Shown here in pieces: positions 59,790 through 62,239 of a stretch of 62,239 nucleotides of DNA. The notes beneath the pieces are model-generated. The model was given only the letters and a program-made list of their open reading frames with translations, searched no databases and was not told the DNA's origin. A program made the translations under genes and the position numbers. The DNA is from a virus (taxonomy: Duplodnaviria; Caudoviricetes), in the IMG/VR virus record IMGVR_UViG_3300030202_000729, positions 1 to 62,239 of that record. The stretch is one strand, 5' to 3'. Position 1 is the first letter of the stretch; each line of letters starts with the position of its first letter.

Positions 59790-60209
59790 TTACAATATAT
59801 CTGCAAACTTTTCTGATACTGTAAAACTAGGGCATGCCTTTGAACTGAATTCATTGTGCCCGTGGATGGTGATGTTCTTATCCTGCACGATACGCAAAGC
59901 GAATATGATCTCTCTCATAGACTTCTCCTGTTCTGCAGTCATCGTATCCTTAGGTGTCTTACCATCCTCTTCTACTCCCCCAACATAGCAGATCCCAATA
60001 GAATCTTTGTTGTGGCCTTTACAGTGAGCTCCTACCTTGTCGATAGAACGCCCAGTTTCTAGATCGCCGTTCAGTCGTATAAGGTAGTGATAGCCAATAT
60101 CTGACCATCCTCTCCCGTTTACATGCCAATCTCTGATTGTTTCTACATCAAAGTCCTGGCCCTCACGGGTAGCAGAACAATGGATTATAATCTTATTAAT
60201 ATCTCTCAT
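59790..60209 (-). CDS. N-acetylmuramoyl-L-alanine amidase (T7 lysozyme type endolysin)
   Basis: IIIHCSAT, GWSDIGYHY, GAHCKGHN, SIGICYVGG, GHNEF..KACP; start set at MRDINK (60209). Confidence 0.93.
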   Translation of the reverse strand: MRDINKIIIHCSATREGQDFDVETIRDWHVNGRGWSDIGYHYLIRLNGDLETGRSIDKVGAHCKGHNKDSIGICYVGGVEEDGKTPKDTMTAEQEKSMREIIFALRIVQDKNITIHGHNEFSSKACPSFTVSEKFADIL

Positions 60210-60441
60210 AACTATATAATTTTCCCCCTTGGGTTTTGTGTCTAACGCTGGATTTCCACTCGCCGTGTCTAGCCTGTGTGGGGGCATTTCTGTCAGCCTA
60301 TAGCCTTGTTCCCACCCGAGTTTTATACCAACGCACTTTTTGAAACTACCGGGGACGACGTTCACTGACTATGTTGACAGCTAATAGAACCCGATGTCTA
60401 GGCCCCTTTTTGGTTACCGAGGGCCGGTCACAGAAGTGGTT
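60210..60441. ncRNA. candidate structured non-coding element / long leader
   Basis: ~230-nt GC-richer gap with several complementary stems and three TGTCTA copies; no family recognised. Confidence 0.4.
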
Positions 60442-60447
60442 TCGTTG

Positions 60448-60455
60448 CAAATATA
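60448..60455 (-). promoter_or_regulatory. Bacteroidota -7 promoter element (TATATTTG)
   Basis: TATATTTGCA directly upstream of the structured gap. Confidence 0.6.
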
Positions 60456-60467
60456 GTCAAACTCTTT

Positions 60468-60602
60468 TTATCTACCTTGTCCTCGATACTTCTTTTTGTA
60501 GTTCTTAGATTTTTTATTGGTGGAATGTCTAGTCTTTGCATGCACTCCAGGACGAGATACGTTGTGCTTAACGTACAAGTTGTTGTTGGTTTTATTTGCC
60601 AT
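60468..60602 (-). CDS. 44-aa basic peptide (..RPGVHAK..KNYKKKYRGQGR)
   Basis: read manually; TAAATTTG element at 60607-60614 just upstream. Confidence 0.7.
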   Translation of the reverse strand: MANKTNNNLYVKHNVSRPGVHAKTRHSTNKKSKNYKKKYRGQGR

Positions 60603-60638
60603 GTTGCAAATTTACAACATCTTCTTTATATTTACCCT

Positions 60639-60890
60639 ATGGCTCGTGACTACAAAAAAGAATATCTACGTTTCCAGAAAGACAAGTCTGGCTATAGAGC
60701 TGCTCTTAATAAGAAGAACAGGGAAAATGGTACCTACGGAAATGGGGATGGGAAGGATGTAAGTCACCAATCTGATGGGAGTACGAAGAGTGAACCTGAA
60801 AGTAAAAATAGAGGCCGTAAAGAAAAGAGCCGTAAAAAGGGTAGTAAAAGAAGATTGTTTGGACTATGGGACAGAAGAAAGAAAAAGTGA
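60639..60890 (+). CDS. small basic degenerate HNH-like protein
   Basis: start MARDYKKEY at 60639; GDGKDVSH...KNR pattern. Confidence 0.6.
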   Translation: MARDYKKEYLRFQKDKSGYRAALNKKNRENGTYGNGDGKDVSHQSDGSTKSEPESKNRGRKEKSRKKGSKRRLFGLWDRRKKK

Positions 60891-61033
60891 GGGATACAAA
60901 TAAGTGGCAAACTAAGGTCCAGAATAATGCCCCTGAGTTGTTCAAGGTTATGAGCAGGGTTAGATACCTGAATCAAACTATGGACATCCATATAGATTTA
61001 CCAGATCACCATTGGACTAAACTTCCTCGCTAG
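60887..61033 (+). CDS. hypothetical 48-aa protein
   Basis: GTGA overlap with the previous stop; ends in a terminator. Confidence 0.4.
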   Translation: MRDTNKWQTKVQNNAPELFKVMSRVRYLNQTMDIHIDLPDHHWTKLPR

Positions 61034-61050
61034 TAGCGGGGATTTTTTTT
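61024..61050 (+). terminator. intrinsic terminator
   Basis: TCCTCGCT-AGT-AGCGGGGA followed by T8. Confidence 0.7.
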
Positions 61051-61172
61051 GAGAAAAATTTTTTGAAAATTGGGTAGTTTGTGAGAGTGTTACCCAACTC
61101 AATCCAAGACCCCACCTACAATGCGTGATTAGGGGGTCCCCCCCTATGTCTATAACATAACACCCAGAACTA

Positions 61173-61382
61173 ATGGAACCTATGACAGCCCAGATGCCTG
61201 ACACCACCTTGTGGTTCATCTGCATCATCGCCTTCGTGTGCATGGCACACTTCATCTACACTGCTACTATGAGCGAAGAAGCACAGAGCGCACGTGCTCT
61301 TAGAAAGCTGCGACGAGACATCAATCGAAGACGTAGCTTCCAAGACAAGTACTTGGATAAGCTCAGTGACACAGAGATATGA
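61173..61382 (+). CDS. small membrane protein (putative early gene)
   Basis: 69 aa; one TM plus a basic tail. Confidence 0.6.
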   Translation: MEPMTAQMPDTTLWFICIIAFVCMAHFIYTATMSEEAQSARALRKLRRDINRRRSFQDKYLDKLSDTEI

Positions 61383-61481
61383 GAGCCGTGCCCTAACGGG
61401 CACTCTCTCACTATCACACTCAATCAATAACCCTTTCCTTAATGCGTGTGTAGGCTAACCTCTCCTGCACACAACTACGTT

Positions 61482-61739
61482 ATGCGTACATTTCTAGCGG
61501 TGCTCAAAGAGCGCCATCCCAACGCTGTCTCTGCACAGCCTGTCGTCGGACCTAACGGTGCCTTCGTATCTGTTTCTCTCGCTGACGGCAATAAGCTAAC
61601 CTTCCCTATCGGGAAGAAAAGCTACACGCTTGGTGAGCCCATCGACCTGAAGAGCCTGAACGCTCTGATTGCAGAAGATGGTCAGCTCATCGCTACAGCC
61701 AACGTCTACTCTGACGCAGGTGTAGCTGTCAGCCTGTAA
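61482..61739 (+). CDS. hypothetical protein (putative early gene)
   Basis: start MRTFLAVLK at 61482; followed by a hairpin. Confidence 0.65.
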   Translation: MRTFLAVLKERHPNAVSAQPVVGPNGAFVSVSLADGNKLTFPIGKKSYTLGEPIDLKSLNALIAEDGQLIATANVYSDAGVAVSL

Positions 61740-61746
61740 GTCTGAT

Positions 61747-61774
61747 GGGGAGGGGCAAAGTGCCTCTCCCCTTT
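61747..61774 (+). terminator. intrinsic terminator-like hairpin
   Basis: GGGGAGGGGCA-AAG-TGCCTCTCCCC then TTT. Confidence 0.65.
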
Positions 61775-61793
61775 CATCTTAAAACCTCATATC

Positions 61794-62006
61794 ATGGCAT
61801 TCAAAGGACCTGACTATTACAACTACCGGCAGTGGGACAACGCAACAATCATGCGTCAAGCACGTGAGATTACAGAGCTTCATCATGAAGCTGCGAAGCA
61901 AGTAGCAAGTCAAAGTGAAGAGCTCAAGAGAGCCTATCAACGAATTCACGAGTTGGAGCAAGACGTCGAGAAGCTCGTGCTCGGCAAGAACAGGGAGGGG
62001 AGCTAA
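61794..62006 (+). CDS. small coiled-coil protein (putative early gene)
   Basis: 70 aa with a heptad pattern. Confidence 0.6.
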   Translation: MAFKGPDYYNYRQWDNATIMRQAREITELHHEAAKQVASQSEELKRAYQRIHELEQDVEKLVLGKNREGS

Positions 62007-62239
62007 CGCTTCTCTCACCTCTAGGGCCGTTCCCGAATCAAGTAAGAAGCTTAATGCTTCTGCTTGAAGAGGTAACACACTCAATCAACAACAATAACAT
62101 TCACTATCACCGGTTCAGGTATTCGTTATTGTCTACTACTCTTTACACTCAATCAATGACCCTTCCTTTGGTTGGTGTATTAGTCCCAAGGTGATAGCTG
62201 TGGACTCATTATACAGACAAGTGTGTGTGTATGGCAACC

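Larger units (their letters stand above)
61416..62156 (+). repeat. dispersed ACACTCAATCAA motif, three exact copies
   Basis: copies at 61416-61427, 62077-62088 and 62145-62156, all intergenic. Confidence 0.8.

Noticed and set aside
60210-60365. 52-aa N-terminal extension of the amidase
   Set aside because: The amidase domain starts at MRDINKIIIHC with an AT-rich leader; the extension is not protein-like, though not formally excluded
60210-60441. RNase P RNA, group I intron, tRNA or tmRNA identity for the structured gap
   Set aside because: Only fragmentary resemblance (ACAGAAA, GGAAATCC); the conserved cores and cloverleaf were not found
61380-62239. CRISPR mini-array
   Set aside because: Repeats are only 12-25 nt, irregularly spaced and separated by genes; no cas genes

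Overview
This window is about 62 kb of a crAss-like phage (Crassvirales-type podovirus) with a Bacteroidota host, probably an aquatic Flavobacteriia lineage, read in the standard genetic code. Positions 1-60.6 kb form a minus-strand late/virion module. In transcription order it holds amidase, GroES, HU/IHF, TerL, portal, scaffold, MCP, ring/auxiliary/hub/fibre proteins, holin, a metallophosphoesterase, an accessory island, IHF, ring, muzzle and two ejected cargo proteins. It ends in a 4627-aa protein with the crAss virion RNA polymerase catalytic loop (DFDID) and a zincin HExxH motif. Bacteroidota TAnnTTTG promoter elements precede several late genes. After ~61.1 kb, short plus-strand genes with repeated hairpins and ACACTCAATCAA motifs look like the start of the early region. 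The strongest candidate for an undescribed system is a translationally coupled four-gene envelope cassette (29.8-33.5 kb): a Cys-repeat protein with a type IX secretion C-terminal signal, an outer-membrane beta-barrel, a single-pass coiled-coil protein and a CxxC-less thioredoxin-fold protein. Other leads are a ~230-nt structured non-coding element upstream of the amidase, a recurrent di-glycine motif punctuating basic virion-type proteins, and a free-standing peptide resembling the ribonucleotide reductase C-terminal CxxC tail. All family calls come from motif recognition and synteny; no database searches were run.
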